Positions 12,593 through 23,549 are shown, counted from the first letter of the stretch. The stretch is DNA of 64,000 bases from Candidatus Aminicenantes bacterium (GCA_963702005.1 OY969696.1:3680001-3744000); one strand, 5' to 3'. Numbers and translations are program-made. The notes: generated by a model not told the origin, from the letters alone.

Positions 12593-13442
12593 GCACTTCG
12601 CCCTCGCCGCGGCGGTCCTTCTGGCGGTCGCCGTCTCCCCGGCTCAAGCCGGCCTTACCCTGAGCCTCCGCCTCGCGGGCGGCATGAGCCGCCTCGCCCT
12701 TAACGACGCCAACACGATCCTCAAGGACTGGGAGACCTGGCACCTCAAGGAAGTCGAGGACAATCGCAAGTTGGCCTTGGTCGAGGACAAGGTCGGTTCG
12801 ATCCACGTCGGAGTCGATTTCGAAACCGAGGTCGTGCTGGGACTCGGCCGCCATTTCGCTCTGAGCGTCTCAGCCGGGGTTCTCCACGCCACCCTGTCCG
12901 AGAAGAACGCGATCGTGACCGTCGCCAGGCCGACCGGGACTTTCAGCTACGCCCACACCATGACCGCGAGCGCCTTCCCCGTCTTTATCTCCGGCTATGC
13001 CCTGCTGCCGCTCGGCGCCAGGTTTTCTCTCTATGCCAAGGCGGGAACGGGCCTCATCTGGGGTAAATTCGTCGACCGGGAAGCCAACAAGCTCATAACG
13101 GCCGAGAAGTTCTTCTACCCCGTATCTCAATCGGCCACATCGCGGGGAAAGGTCCTGTCGGCCGGAGCCGGTCTGTCCTTCGCCGTCGACGACAACCTGT
13201 CCTTTTACCTCGAGGCCGCGGGCCGCAAGGCGGCGCTGACGGATTTTACGGGAGAGACCAAGGGAGGTATCAAGGGCGCGCTCTATTCCTTCGAACAGTA
13301 CGACAACAAGCTCGAGTACTGGCAGCGCCGGTTCGAGGTCATGGAGCATTCGCCGGAGGGGTCTATCTTCCGCGATCAAGGAAAGGCCAAGATCGACTTC
13401 AGCGGATTCTCGGTCAAGCTGGGCCTCGCGCTGAAATTTTAG
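12585..13442 (+). CDS. Outer-membrane beta-barrel protein
   Basis: Signal peptide [22 protein letters not shown], amphipathic beta strands, C-terminal LGLALKF; true start at ATG 12585. Confidence 0.75.
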
Positions 13443-13464
13443 TCTCCGGAGCCAAGGGGGAGAC

Positions 13465-14100
13465 ATGGACGACATCACCTTCACGAGCCCCAAGAAGTGC
13501 GGGCGGATCGCCGTGTTCCTGTCGGGGCGAGGATCGAACTTCCAAGCCATTCACAACGCCATCCGCGAGGGACGGATCGACGCCGAGATAGTCCTCGTCG
13601 TCAGCAACATCGAGACGGCGCCGGGACTGGAGACGGCCCGCCAGCGGGGGCTGGAGGCTGTCTGGCTCGACCCCAAGTCGTACCCGACCCGCGAAGACTA
13701 TGACACGGCCCTGCTGGCCGAAGTCCGCAAGCGGAATGTCGACCTCATCTGCCTGGCCGGCTACATGAAGATCGTGACACCCCTCCTCTGCCGGGCCTTC
13801 GTCCACAGGATCATGAACATCCACCCGGCCCTGCTGCCCGCCTTCCCCGGCCTCCACGTCCAGAAAAAGGCCATCGAGTGGGGCGTGCGTTATTCGGGCG
13901 CGACGGTCCACTTCGTGGCCGAGGAGGTCGACATGGGGCCGATCATCCTCCAAACCGTCGTGCCCGTCCTTCAGGACGACACGGAGGAAACGCTCAGCGC
14001 GAGGATCCTCAAAGAGGAGCACAAGATCTACCCCGAGGCCGTCCGGCTCTTCTTCGACGGGCGGATCGAGGTCCGCGGCCGCCGCGTCTTCCTCCGCTGA
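13465..14100 (+). CDS. purN: Phosphoribosylglycinamide formyltransferase
   Basis: SGRGSNFQA, NIHPALLP, GATVHFV, DMGPII. Confidence 0.98.
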   Translation: MDDITFTSPKKCGRIAVFLSGRGSNFQAIHNAIREGRIDAEIVLVVSNIETAPGLETARQRGLEAVWLDPKSYPTREDYDTALLAEVRKRNVDLICLAGYMKIVTPLLCRAFVHRIMNIHPALLPAFPGLHVQKKAIEWGVRYSGATVHFVAEEVDMGPIILQTVVPVLQDDTEETLSARILKEEHKIYPEAVRLFFDGRIEVRGRRVFLR

Positions 14101-14121
14101 GCTCCGCCCGGCGGTTTTTGG

Positions 14122-15693
14122 TCAGCCGATTGTTCCGGTGACTTTTACAGCCGTCAGGCGGTCTTTTCGGGTGATCGTCCCGGGCTTCGTGACCGTCAGC
14201 CGCAGCAAAGATCCCTTTATCTCGAGCGTTCGGAAGGGGCGGGAGAGCGCTTCTCCCGGCTCGACAATCGCTCCGTCCAGTACCATGGATTCAATCGAGA
14301 GAATATAGAAAACGACCTTCTTGCGCTTGGCGTCCCAGTCGTTTTCCTCATAGACGCCGGCTTCCTGGACCTGGAGCAAAAGGTCCGCATTCTTGAGAGC
14401 ATAAACTTGATACCGGCGGCAAAGGGACTTGGACCCCTCATCGACGATCCAGGTTTTATCGAGACTGTTGCGGGAGCGGGAGATGCCCCGGTAAGAAAAT
14501 TCCAGCTCCAGCTTCTCCAAGGATTGCCGATTGAACGATTCGAATTCCCGGGCAAAGCCTTCCCGGTATTCATCGATCAGCTTGCCGGTAGCTTTCAGGA
14601 TATTCTCATAACCGTAAATATCCTTGGGCCGGGCGACAAGCTTGTCCGGCGGCGTTTCAGCGACCCCAAGCTTCTGGGAAAGAAGGATATGGAATGCGAA
14701 TCCGGGACCGGCGGCCTGGGCTGAAGGCTTCCAGTCCAGTCCGAGAAAATCACACAGGTAGCCGAGGGCGGCCCCGACCGGGTAGATGCGATTGCGCGGC
14801 ATATCCTCGGGCGAGACCGTCTCGCCCGCGAACCGGGCCAGGAAGTCATCTTTTAAGCGCCCGGGAAAAGAGAGGGAAGCAAACCCGGGAAGGCCGGCCG
14901 TGTTCTTGATGAGCGAGAGGGCTTTCATCTCTACATACCGGGCCGTTCCCTCGCGGATCTCGAGGCCCTGTTCATGCCCCGCAACGAACCCCTCTCCGGC
15001 CCGCCACCGCTCGGCCCGGACGGCGACGAACATCCTGAGCAGATCCTCTACGTCACGACGCGCCCCCGCTTCCGACCTGCCGACCGCGTCCATTAGGATC
15101 TTCATCTCCAGGCAGGCCAGCGCCGTGTTAGGCCGGTCAAGGATGGGATATCGCTCCTCCCGCTGCCAGGGGATCTCGCCGAAATGGCCAGCCTGGAACT
15201 GATGGAAGGCCTCATGGGCGATGAACCCGGCCAGGTACGCATCCGTGGGAGTGGGCAAGCCTTGAGGGTCTTCGGGCAGACCGATGGCGACCGTCTTAAC
15301 GCCTCCGATCTCGAGGTCGAAGACCAGCTGTCCGATGAGATCACCCCATGAGCCCTCGTGGTAGAGGACTTTCGTCCCGAGCTCCGGCCATCCTTCCGGG
15401 CAGGCCGTAAAGCCGTCGATCGGCTCGGGCGGATTGAACAGAAGAACCCATTTCTTGGGGATATAGACGAGATATGTCTGTGCCGCCAGATTGTAGCCCG
15501 GCCAGACGGCGGACGGGTTGGCTTTGAACATCGTGACGATGGAGCGGCAGATCTCGACCACCATCCTTTCGTAGTCGGAGAGCTGTGCTCCGGGAGGGGC
15601 TTGGCGGCCGTTCGTCGCTGGAAAAGAAAAGCCCAGTCCGAAAAACAGGATAAAGACCCCCAGGGTTTTCGTAATTTTCAGCGGTAATATCAT
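14122..15693 (-). CDS. Secreted protein with HExxH motif (possible metallopeptidase)
   Basis: Signal peptide; AHEAFHQFQ and downstream EIREGTARY (gluzincin-like Glu). Confidence 0.6.
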   Translation of the reverse strand: MILPLKITKTLGVFILFFGLGFSFPATNGRQAPPGAQLSDYERMVVEICRSIVTMFKANPSAVWPGYNLAAQTYLVYIPKKWVLLFNPPEPIDGFTACPEGWPELGTKVLYHEGSWGDLIGQLVFDLEIGGVKTVAIGLPEDPQGLPTPTDAYLAGFIAHEAFHQFQAGHFGEIPWQREERYPILDRPNTALACLEMKILMDAVGRSEAGARRDVEDLLRMFVAVRAERWRAGEGFVAGHEQGLEIREGTARYVEMKALSLIKNTAGLPGFASLSFPGRLKDDFLARFAGETVSPEDMPRNRIYPVGAALGYLCDFLGLDWKPSAQAAGPGFAFHILLSQKLGVAETPPDKLVARPKDIYGYENILKATGKLIDEYREGFAREFESFNRQSLEKLELEFSYRGISRSRNSLDKTWIVDEGSKSLCRRYQVYALKNADLLLQVQEAGVYEENDWDAKRKKVVFYILSIESMVLDGAIVEPGEALSRPFRTLEIKGSLLRLTVTKPGTITRKDRLTAVKVTGTIG

Positions 15694-16056
15694 GTGCTCC
15701 TCTTTTACGACTCATCCCGAAATTCCATAAATATTCTCTTTATTATGAGACGTTCTATTCAAAGAAAAAGTTACACGTTGGTCGTGATTCCCTTCCGACA
15801 TCGGATTGCGTCCGGGCGATTCCCGGTTTACTTGCGGAGGCCCCCGATCACTTCGTCAGAACCCTGAGCTCGATTCCCGACAGATATTGGCGCGTATGAT
15901 AAAGACGGTGTGTCGATGACCAACGCTATAACTTATATAGAAGGTCAAGGCAGAAAATCAAACCTTAGAAATCTTCCTCTCTCTCCTCGGCCCCCGGAGC
16001 GCGGCCTGCTCGAAGACAGGGGAGGGCGCTGGTCGTTTTTAACTCGGATGTCGACT

Positions 16057-16449
16057 TCAGGCCCCGGACTTTTTCCCCTTGATTTCGAAGAGATTGTTGT
16101 CGGAGTCCTTGATGAATATAACCAGAGAATCACCTTTGGGAATCTGGCTGATGGAGAAACCCCGGCGGCGGCATTTTTCAAGAAAATCAGGCAGGTCATC
16201 GACTTCCAGACAGACGTGCTCGATTCGGCCCGTCCTGCCCGGATGACGGCTGTCGATGAAGACTTCGAACTGAAGGGATTCGTCCGCATAGTTGACCATC
16301 CTCAACTCAGCGTCCCTATCGAAAAGTGCTTTTGACATCTCCCGGGAAAGCGTTTTGGATTCCGACTTCTTAAGTCCCAGCGTGTCGCGCAAGAATCGGT
16401 CGGCGTTCTCCTCGGAACTGTACACGAGCCCGACGTGCCTGAGCTTCAT
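16057..16449 (-). CDS. VOC/glyoxalase family protein
   Basis: LRHVGL, EHVCLEVDDL, FIKDSDNNLFEIK; ATG 16449 overlaps upstream stop. Confidence 0.85.
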   Translation of the reverse strand: MKLRHVGLVYSSEENADRFLRDTLGLKKSESKTLSREMSKALFDRDAELRMVNYADESLQFEVFIDSRHPGRTGRIEHVCLEVDDLPDFLEKCRRRGFSISQIPKGDSLVIFIKDSDNNLFEIKGKKSGA

Positions 16450-17468
16450 TCCCAGCCTTCCTGCGGCTTGATGATGACCTTGAGCGATTCCCGGCCGTCG
16501 ATCACGAGCCGGAAGCCTCGGGCGATGTCCTTGAGAGGAAGCCGATGGGTGATCATGTCCTCGACTTCTATCGTCTCCGTTTTGAGGAGCCTCATGGCCT
16601 CGACAATATCCGGCGGTCCGCAGTAGTAAGACGTGAGAATTCTGACCTCCTGCGTCCAAAATTCGTTGAGGGGCACGGAGACCTGCTTCTCCGGTCCGGG
16701 GACGGCGAAGAAGACGACAGCTCCGCCCTTATCAACGCATTTCCAGGCCTGGGCCACCGCGGACAGAGCCGAGGTGCAGAGAATCACGACATCCGCTTTG
16801 CCGCCGAGCTCGGCCCGCAGTAATTCGGGAACATCAAACGAAGCGTCGCTGGTGGCGTCGGCTCCATTCTTGCGGGCCAGGGCCAGCCGGTCGGGGTTGA
16901 CGTCCGTCGCTGCAACGCGGCAACCCTTGGCTTTGGCCAGCTTCACCTGCGGCAACCCCGACATGCCGCAGCCCATGACGAGCACTGTTTGGCCTTTTTT
17001 AACCCCGGCCAAGTTCTGCGCCCGAACGACACAGGCCAGCGGTTCGATAAACGTACTCCGGTCATAGCTCATCGTATCGGGCAGCCGGTAGGTCCCTTTT
17101 TCCACGAGGTCCTCGGGAACAAGAATATACTCGGCATATCCGCCCGGCAGCCGGACCTTGACATTCGGGCAAACGGGATAGTGTTCATCCCGGCAATAGT
17201 GACATTCGAAGCAGGGCACTTTGGGCGCGATACAAACCCGGTCCCCAGGCACGTACTCGGAAACCGCTTCGCCGATTTCGACGACTTCCGCGCCGATCTC
17301 ATGCCCCTGGACGAGCGGCGCGCGGGGCAGCCGATACCATTCGACGATATCGCTCCCGCATATCCCGCAGGACCAGACTTTGACCAGCATCTCGCGCGGA
17401 CCTGGCTTGGGGCGCGGGACATCTTCGATCCGAATATCCCGATTGTTATACCAGAGGGCGACCTTCAT
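16446..17468 (-). CDS. Zn-dependent alcohol dehydrogenase (MDR; sorbitol/threonine DH-like)
   Basis: CGICGSD, GHE, CxxCxxC...C structural Zn, GCGMSG Rossmann; start MKVALW. Confidence 0.92.
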   Translation of the reverse strand: MKVALWYNNRDIRIEDVPRPKPGPREMLVKVWSCGICGSDIVEWYRLPRAPLVQGHEIGAEVVEIGEAVSEYVPGDRVCIAPKVPCFECHYCRDEHYPVCPNVKVRLPGGYAEYILVPEDLVEKGTYRLPDTMSYDRSTFIEPLACVVRAQNLAGVKKGQTVLVMGCGMSGLPQVKLAKAKGCRVAATDVNPDRLALARKNGADATSDASFDVPELLRAELGGKADVVILCTSALSAVAQAWKCVDKGGAVVFFAVPGPEKQVSVPLNEFWTQEVRILTSYYCGPPDIVEAMRLLKTETIEVEDMITHRLPLKDIARGFRLVIDGRESLKVIIKPQEGWE

Positions 17469-17484
17469 GAGGGGACCTGCTTGA

Positions 17485-18372
17485 TCAGGGTTTTTTCTGT
17501 TTCTTGAGCGTTTGAAAAAGGTCAAAGGCCTTGGCCGGAGGCTCATTCTTGTGGACAACAGCCCGGACCGCCTGGATCATGGCCTCGGGCGCATCCGACT
17601 GAAAAATATTCCGGCCCATGTCCACTCCGGCGGCGCCCTCCTGGACGGCGTTGTAGGCCATGCTCAGGGCGTCCAGCTCCGGTATTTTTTTTCCGCCGGC
17701 CATGACGATCGGCACCGGGCATGAGGCGCAAACCGTATCAAAGCCCCGCTCGACATAGTAGGTCTTGATGTAATGGGCGCCGAGCTCGGCGCAGATCCGG
17801 GTGGCCAGCCTGAAGTAGCGGGCGTCGCGGGCCATGTCCTTCCCCACGGCGGTCACGGCCAGGGTCGGGATTCCATAGCGCGTGCCGGCGTTGACCATGC
17901 CGGTCATGTTGATGATCGACTGTCTCTCGAAATCGCCGCCGATGAAGACCTGGACGGCCATGGCGCAAACGTTCAGACGGACGGCGTCCTCGATATCGAC
18001 CGCGAGATCCTCGTTGGACAGTTCCTTGAGGATGCTTGTCCCGCCCGAAACCCTAAGGACGACGGACTTGGGCGTGGAGGCCGGGATGATGGTCCGAAGG
18101 ATACCCCGGGTCAGCATGAGGGTGTCGGCATAGGGCACGAGGGGAAGGATGGTGAGGTCGACCCGCTCCAGGCCCGTGGTCGGCCCCTGGAAATATCCGT
18201 GGTCGATGGCCAGCATGACCGTTCGACCGGACTCGGGGTTGAAGATCCGGGCCAGCCTGTTTTGCATGCCCCAATCCAGCGCGCCGGAGCCTTTCAAGAA
18301 GAAGGGCTGATTTTTTTGGGGGATATCCGCGCAATAATTCTTGGCTTCCTTGAGGTCGTCGACATCGGGCAT
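17485..18372 (-). CDS. lsrF: LsrF-type class I aldolase / 3-hydroxy-5-phosphonooxypentane-2,4-dione thiolase
   Basis: [42 protein letters not shown]. Confidence 0.92.
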   Translation of the reverse strand: MPDVDDLKEAKNYCADIPQKNQPFFLKGSGALDWGMQNRLARIFNPESGRTVMLAIDHGYFQGPTTGLERVDLTILPLVPYADTLMLTRGILRTIIPASTPKSVVLRVSGGTSILKELSNEDLAVDIEDAVRLNVCAMAVQVFIGGDFERQSIINMTGMVNAGTRYGIPTLAVTAVGKDMARDARYFRLATRICAELGAHYIKTYYVERGFDTVCASCPVPIVMAGGKKIPELDALSMAYNAVQEGAAGVDMGRNIFQSDAPEAMIQAVRAVVHKNEPPAKAFDLFQTLKKQKKP

Positions 18373-18541
18373 TTCGTTTCTCCTTGACGGTGTGGGGACG
18401 GGGGTATTTTATATAAAAATGACGTCCATTGCATCAGTCCATTCGGCAAATTGCCGGAAAAGGCAGAGCTGTAAGAACTCTTTACGCCGGCGCTCCCAAG
18501 CGGGCAGCCTGACCCGACAGGCCGCAGTTTCCAAGGGAGCG

Positions 18542-18692
18542 GTCAACCCCTCGACTCCCCGGCATGAATGCCGGGGTTTGTTCGGGGTTAACCCTGAGCC
18601 TCGCTTCTTATTCCCGCCTTTCAGGGCGGCACACACGAACCGTTCCCGGTTCGTGAGTACTGCAAGGCTGGGTAGCGTCGGCGAACGGGTCA
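18542..18692. repeat. ~150 bp multi-hairpin repeat (family D), with nested family C hairpin at 18629-18669
   Basis: Aligns by eye with 42152-42294; hairpins CCCCGGCATGAATGCCGGGG and GGGTTAACCC. Confidence 0.8.
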
Positions 18693-18719
18693 TGGCATAA
18701 AATATGCTTAGGTGTTGGG

Positions 18720-19964
18720 ATGAGGACGATCGAACACGTGGGAGTCTTCTTCCTGAGCCGGGTCTCGGCCGCCGCGGCGGTCGTTGCCGTTATGGTGCCT
18801 GTGCTGTTTTTCGTCCCCGGCGTGGCCCGGCCCGACCGGCCCGTCACGGCCGCCCTCATCGAAGTCCGGATCTTCGAGCTCCTCAACGCCGAGAGGGAGA
18901 GCCGCGGCCTCGGCCGTCTCGAGCTGTCTCGGGATCTTGCGGAGCTTGCCCGCGGCCACAGCCGGGACATGGCGAGAACGGGCAGCCTGTCGCATGAGTC
19001 TTCGTCGGGAAAATCCCTGGGCGAGCGGCTGACCGATTCGGGATTCTTCTTCGAGATGGGAGGGGAAAACGTCGCCTTTTCCGAGACCTTCGTTTCCGAG
19101 TTCATCCACAAGGCCCTCATGGACAGCCCCGAGCATCGGGGCGAAATCCTCAGGCCCGAATACGACCGGGTCGGAATCGGCGTCGCCTACGCGGCCGGCA
19201 AAGGCTACTACCTAACCCAGGATTTCATCCGCTCGCTCATCCCCGTTTCGGCCGGAGAAGCCGAGGCCGAACTCAAGCGCCGGATCAACGAGGCCCGCGC
19301 CGCCAAGGGGCTTGATTCCCTCGTGTTCGTGCCCGAGGCGGACGCGGTCGCGCGCTCCTATTCGGTAAAGAAGGCCGGGCTCGGGACGCCGCCGCCGGTG
19401 GCGAAGCTTCTGGGCGAAGTCACGATCGATTTCGTCACGGCCGGAACGCTTGACCTCGATTCGATCAAGCCCAGCGGCGTCCGTTCATCGGCTTACGAGG
19501 AAGCCGGGCTGGGCATCTGGTTCGGGCGCGACGGCGAGCATCCCGGAGGCGGCTATTTCATCACGCTCCTTCTGTTTAAAAAGGATCCCTACCGGCGCAT
19601 GAAGCGGGATGAGCTGAGGTCGGCCGCCCTGGCCGCCGTTAATAAGGCGCGGCGCCGGGCGGTCCTTCCCGAGCTGGAATTGGACGCCCGCCAATCCAAG
19701 ACCGCCGATCAAACGTCCGAGGAGATCCTTCGCGGGACATGGAAACCGCCAGCCGCTCCGACTTTTCGCGGACAAATCGGGCGGCTCGCCATGACTCTCC
19801 CCAAGACTATCGGTTATATCGTCGACGACCTTTCCCTTATTCCTCCACCGATCGAGACCGACGTCCTCAAAATCCAGCGTCGGAAAATCGGGATCGGGAT
19901 CGCCCGCGGGAAGTCGGACACCTTCCCGCGCGGCGCCTACTGGGTGACGATCGTTTATCAGTGA
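18720..19964 (+). CDS. CAP (SCP/PR-1) domain protein with degenerate repeated CAP domains
   Basis: LLNAERESRGL, ARGHSRDMA, GENVA, MDSPEHR, VGIG, TQDF. Confidence 0.85.
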   Translation: MRTIEHVGVFFLSRVSAAAAVVAVMVPVLFFVPGVARPDRPVTAALIEVRIFELLNAERESRGLGRLELSRDLAELARGHSRDMARTGSLSHESSSGKSLGERLTDSGFFFEMGGENVAFSETFVSEFIHKALMDSPEHRGEILRPEYDRVGIGVAYAAGKGYYLTQDFIRSLIPVSAGEAEAELKRRINEARAAKGLDSLVFVPEADAVARSYSVKKAGLGTPPPVAKLLGEVTIDFVTAGTLDLDSIKPSGVRSSAYEEAGLGIWFGRDGEHPGGGYFITLLLFKKDPYRRMKRDELRSAALAAVNKARRRAVLPELELDARQSKTADQTSEEILRGTWKPPAAPTFRGQIGRLAMTLPKTIGYIVDDLSLIPPPIETDVLKIQRRKIGIGIARGKSDTFPRGAYWVTIVYQ

Positions 19965-20102
19965 GACCGGCAGGTCGCGCCGGAAGATCTTGACTTCGCC
20001 CTGCGGCCGAAAGTATCATTCCATCGTGGCCAGGAGGGGAGATTCCTCAAAAGAAAAATCCTATGCAAATAAATTTTTGTGATTCCGAGGAGGGGAAGGA
20101 TC

Positions 20103-21624
20103 ATGTCCGCCAAAAAAGGCCTTTTTCGGTTGTTTTTTGCCTTAGTTCCATTGATATCCATTTGTTGGGCGGCTCGGGTCTTTCAACCAGACAAAGGGAT
20201 CAAGTTTGATAAACCCGTCAACATCTCCAAGAACAAGAACCGGCTCGAGACCCAGACGGCGATAGCGGTGGATAAAAACGGGGTCGCCCATCTCGCCTGG
20301 GCCGGTTATTATTACCGGAAAGGAGCTCCCGACGGAGTCACCTCCGATATTTTTTATTCGAACAACAGAACGGGCTCGTTTTGCAGCCCCCAAAAAATCC
20401 CGGTCTCCGTTGATTGGTATTCAATGGACCCCTCCATCGCTGTTGACTCCAAGGGTTCCGCCCACATTGTTTTCAGGAGGGACTCGAGTACGTACGCTAT
20501 CACGGGTGATGATGATCTTTACTACACATCCAACGCTAAGGGCAGCTTTGACGCTCCCTCCCTTATTGTTGATGGGAATGGCGAAGTTGCGAGCTCACCA
20601 GAGGATCCGATCATCCATATTGATCCTGATAATAATCCGTGCCTTTCGTTCACATCAAATTGCTATCGCGGCAATTGGTCGGAGCTACATCTTCTCGTTA
20701 TGAAAAAATCAGGTGGAAAGTGGAGTTATCCTCAGCTCGCCTACAAGTCAGTATGGCTTACTGACTATGATTCTGTGATCGATGGGGACGGGTATTTCCA
20801 TATCGTCATTTTATATTTCGGGGAGAAGTACGAAATATATTATACTCACAACAGAGGGGGCGATTTCATTAGTCCTGTTATCGTCCAAGCCAAAAAGCAT
20901 AAAGACACTGGCGACCCGAGCATCGCGGTCGACAGCCTCGGGAAACGCTCATATAACCTACCGTGACGATACGGGGGCATTCGGGACACCCAGATTATTT
21001 TACACCAACAATATCTCAGGTAGGTTTTCAGCCCCTGTTCCACTGCTCAATTCTGATCGTTTGCATTTCTCCGCTATCGGCGTCGACGGACATGACTTCG
21101 TTCACGTGGCATATAAGCTGCTCCCTTTAAACGGGGAGGGCATGATGTATTATGCCAATAATTACACCGGGAAATTTGTGGAAACGGCCCAAAAAATGAC
21201 CGGCATATATTGGTTCCACGGGTCCCGATTTTTTACGGTGGGGCCCTCGTTCTCCATTCATTATGGTTTTTGGGATTTCATGGGAGACGTCTATGATTCG
21301 GATTGCGAAGTATTCTATTTGAAAGGAACGTGCGATCGCCCGCCGGTTCCCATAAATCCCGGCCAATTGGCCGTAACGGTCTTGTCTGCGAGCAAGATCC
21401 GGCTGAAATGGGAAGACGGTTCGAAGAACGAATCGGGCTTCGAGGTCCAGCGCAAAAAAAGCGTTGGCGGGAAATGGACGAAGATTGCCCGGACTCAAGC
21501 CAATGTCCAAACGTATCAGGACCAAGGGCTTGACGCCCAGACGCTCTATAGGTATCGAGTCCGGGCGTTCAATTCGGTCGGCAATTCCTTATATTCCAAC
21601 ACGGCCCAAGGAAAGACGAAATGA
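20103..21624 (+). pseudogene. Secreted beta-propeller-repeat + fibronectin type III protein, frameshifted near 20943
   Basis: Repeats (P)SIAVDxxGxAHI continue across ORFs 20079..20966 and 20782..21624; C-terminal FN3 LKWEDGSKNESGFEVQR...YRYRVRAFN. Confidence 0.75.
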
Positions 21625-21638
21625 ACCGTCCGGGGAGC

Positions 21639-21720
21639 AGCCTTGCGGCACTCATGACCCAGAAACGGGTCATGAGTACTGCGAAACGCCTGCACTCATG
21701 GCTTCCATGAGTGTCGAAGG
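21639..21720. repeat. Family C palindromic hairpins (two adjacent)
   Basis: ACTCATGACCC-agaaac-GGGTCATGAGT and CACTCATGG-ctt-CCATGAGTG. Confidence 0.7.
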
Positions 21721-21788
21721 ATTGACCGAGCAGACTTAATCGCCTATAAATATTATATCTAAAACATAATTAAGGGAGGGTGGCCGAA

Positions 21789-22172
21789 ATGCCAAAGAAT
21801 GCGGCTTGCATCAAGTTACTTCTCTGGATCGGCGTTGTCGTATTCCTGCTCTGGTTTCTGGCCTTTGCCATCGCGCCCGAACGCGTGCTCCCCGCCCTGG
21901 GTCTTCACGAAAATCATGGGTTCATCCCGCGCTTGTATGGAATCTTCCAGCTGAGTTGGGCCTTGTTATTCTTTTTCGCGTTGAAAGACGTCGAAAAGAA
22001 TATCGCGATCATCAATAGCGCCATATTCACCGGAGCCCTGACGGTCATTTTTCTCGTGGTTTACCACATCGCCAAGGTCAAAACGGGCTGGTTCCTCCCG
22101 GCAAGCGCGGCCGTCCTGCTCATCTATACCGCGCTGCTCTATATGTGCAAGCCAAAGGCCGCCCGGCCATAA
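21789..22172 (+). CDS. Small 4-TM membrane protein
   Basis: Four hydrophobic segments; GGGAGG RBS. Confidence 0.7.
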   Translation: MPKNAACIKLLLWIGVVVFLLWFLAFAIAPERVLPALGLHENHGFIPRLYGIFQLSWALLFFFALKDVEKNIAIINSAIFTGALTVIFLVVYHIAKVKTGWFLPASAAVLLIYTALLYMCKPKAARP

Positions 22173-22285
22173 AGCTGCCCGTATCCGGCCCGCTCACTTT
22201 CGCGTTCACAAAAGAAAGGGAAAACCCTATAATAGAGGGGCTTGTGCGGGATAATCTTCCGATTCCAGGTGAAGGATCCGCTGTC

Positions 22286-23512
22286 ATGAAACCGGTCGCC
22301 GAACAACTCGCGTACCTCAAGAAGGGCTGCGTCGACATCATCCAGGAGGACGAGCTCAGGGCCAAACTCGAGCGCTCGGTCCGCGAGAACCGCCCCCTCA
22401 AGGTCAAGGTCGGATTCGACCCGACCGCCCCCGACCTCCATCTGGGCCACACCGTTATCCTCCGTAAAATGAAGCATTTCCAGGATCTCGGCCACGAAGT
22501 CGTCTTCCTGATCGGAGACTTCACCGGGCTCATTGGAGACCCGAGCGGCCGCAACGCGACCCGGCCTCCGATGACCCGCGAGGAGATCGCCCGCAACGCC
22601 GAGACCTACAAGGCCCAGGTCTTCAAGATCCTCGACGCCCACAAAACGATCATCGATTTCAACTCGCGCTGGCTGGGGGCGCTGACCAGCTTCGAGATCA
22701 TCCAGCTCGCCGCCAAGTACACGGTCGCCCGCGTCCTGGAGCGGGACGACTTCACCAAGCGCTATAAGACCGGCCTCCCCATCTCGGTCCACGAGCTCCT
22801 CTACCCTCTTTACCAGGCCTACGATTCGGTCGCCCTCCACTGCGACGTCGAGATGGGCGGCACCGACCAGAAGTTCAACCTCCTGGTCGGCCGCGACATC
22901 CAGCGCGAGTACGGCCAGGAGCCGCAGATCGTCATCACCCTGCCCCTGCTCGAGGGGCTGGACGGCGTCGAGAAGATGAGCAAGTCGCTCGGGAATTACG
23001 TCGGGATCACCGAGCCGCCGGCCGAGATGTTCGGGAAGCTCATGTCCGTGAGCGACCCTCTCATGTACCGCTACTACGAGCTGCTGACCGACGAGCCGGC
23101 GCAACGGATCGAAGCCTGGAAGAAGGAGGCGGCCGCGGGCAAGGTCAACCCGCGCGACGTCAAGGTCAGGCTGGCCAAGACGGTCATCGCCGACTTCTGG
23201 GGGGCGGAGGAAGCGGACAAGGCCGCCGCGGGCTTCGACCGCGTCTTCCGCGACAAGGAAGTGCCGGACGAGATCGAGGAGAAGGCCGTGAGCCTCGAGG
23301 GCGGGGCGAAGGACGCGCCGCTCGCCCAGGTCTTGACCGACTGCGGGATCTTTCCGTCGCGGGGCGAGGCCAAGCGGGTCATCCAGCAGGGCGGCGTCTA
23401 CCTCGACGGCAAGCGCATCGAAGACATCTCTTACCGGATCGACTTCGGCGCTAAGCCCGCCTACGTCCTCAAGGTCGGGAAGAAGAATTTCTATAAACTC
23501 GTCATTCGATGA
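22286..23512 (+). CDS. tyrS: Tyrosine--tRNA ligase
   Basis: [13 protein letters not shown] (HIGH), [14 protein letters not shown]-terminal S4 domain; start MKPVAEQ. Confidence 0.98.
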   Translation: MKPVAEQLAYLKKGCVDIIQEDELRAKLERSVRENRPLKVKVGFDPTAPDLHLGHTVILRKMKHFQDLGHEVVFLIGDFTGLIGDPSGRNATRPPMTREEIARNAETYKAQVFKILDAHKTIIDFNSRWLGALTSFEIIQLAAKYTVARVLERDDFTKRYKTGLPISVHELLYPLYQAYDSVALHCDVEMGGTDQKFNLLVGRDIQREYGQEPQIVITLPLLEGLDGVEKMSKSLGNYVGITEPPAEMFGKLMSVSDPLMYRYYELLTDEPAQRIEAWKKEAAAGKVNPRDVKVRLAKTVIADFWGAEEADKAAAGFDRVFRDKEVPDEIEEKAVSLEGGAKDAPLAQVLTDCGIFPSRGEAKRVIQQGGVYLDGKRIEDISYRIDFGAKPAYVLKVGKKNFYKLVIR

Positions 23513-23515
23513 ATT

Positions 23516-23549
23516 CGGGGTCAAACCTACACTTTGTCACTTTGTGCAA
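23516..23549. repeat. REP-like family B, single copy
   Basis: CGGGGTCAAACCTACACTTT identical to both arms at 28574-28646. Confidence 0.85.

Noticed and set aside
15700-16050. Possible gene remnant or ncRNA in the 350 bp intergenic gap
   Set aside because: No convincing motif, repeat match or stable structure found by eye
20940-20946. GGGAAAC as a programmed -1 frameshift site
   Set aside because: Rejoining the two ORFs needs a +1 shift, and the heptamer is not in the X XXY YYZ phase of the upstream frame
22173-22285. T-box leader upstream of tyrS
   Set aside because: Only ~110 bp intergenic and no T-box consensus or terminator seen
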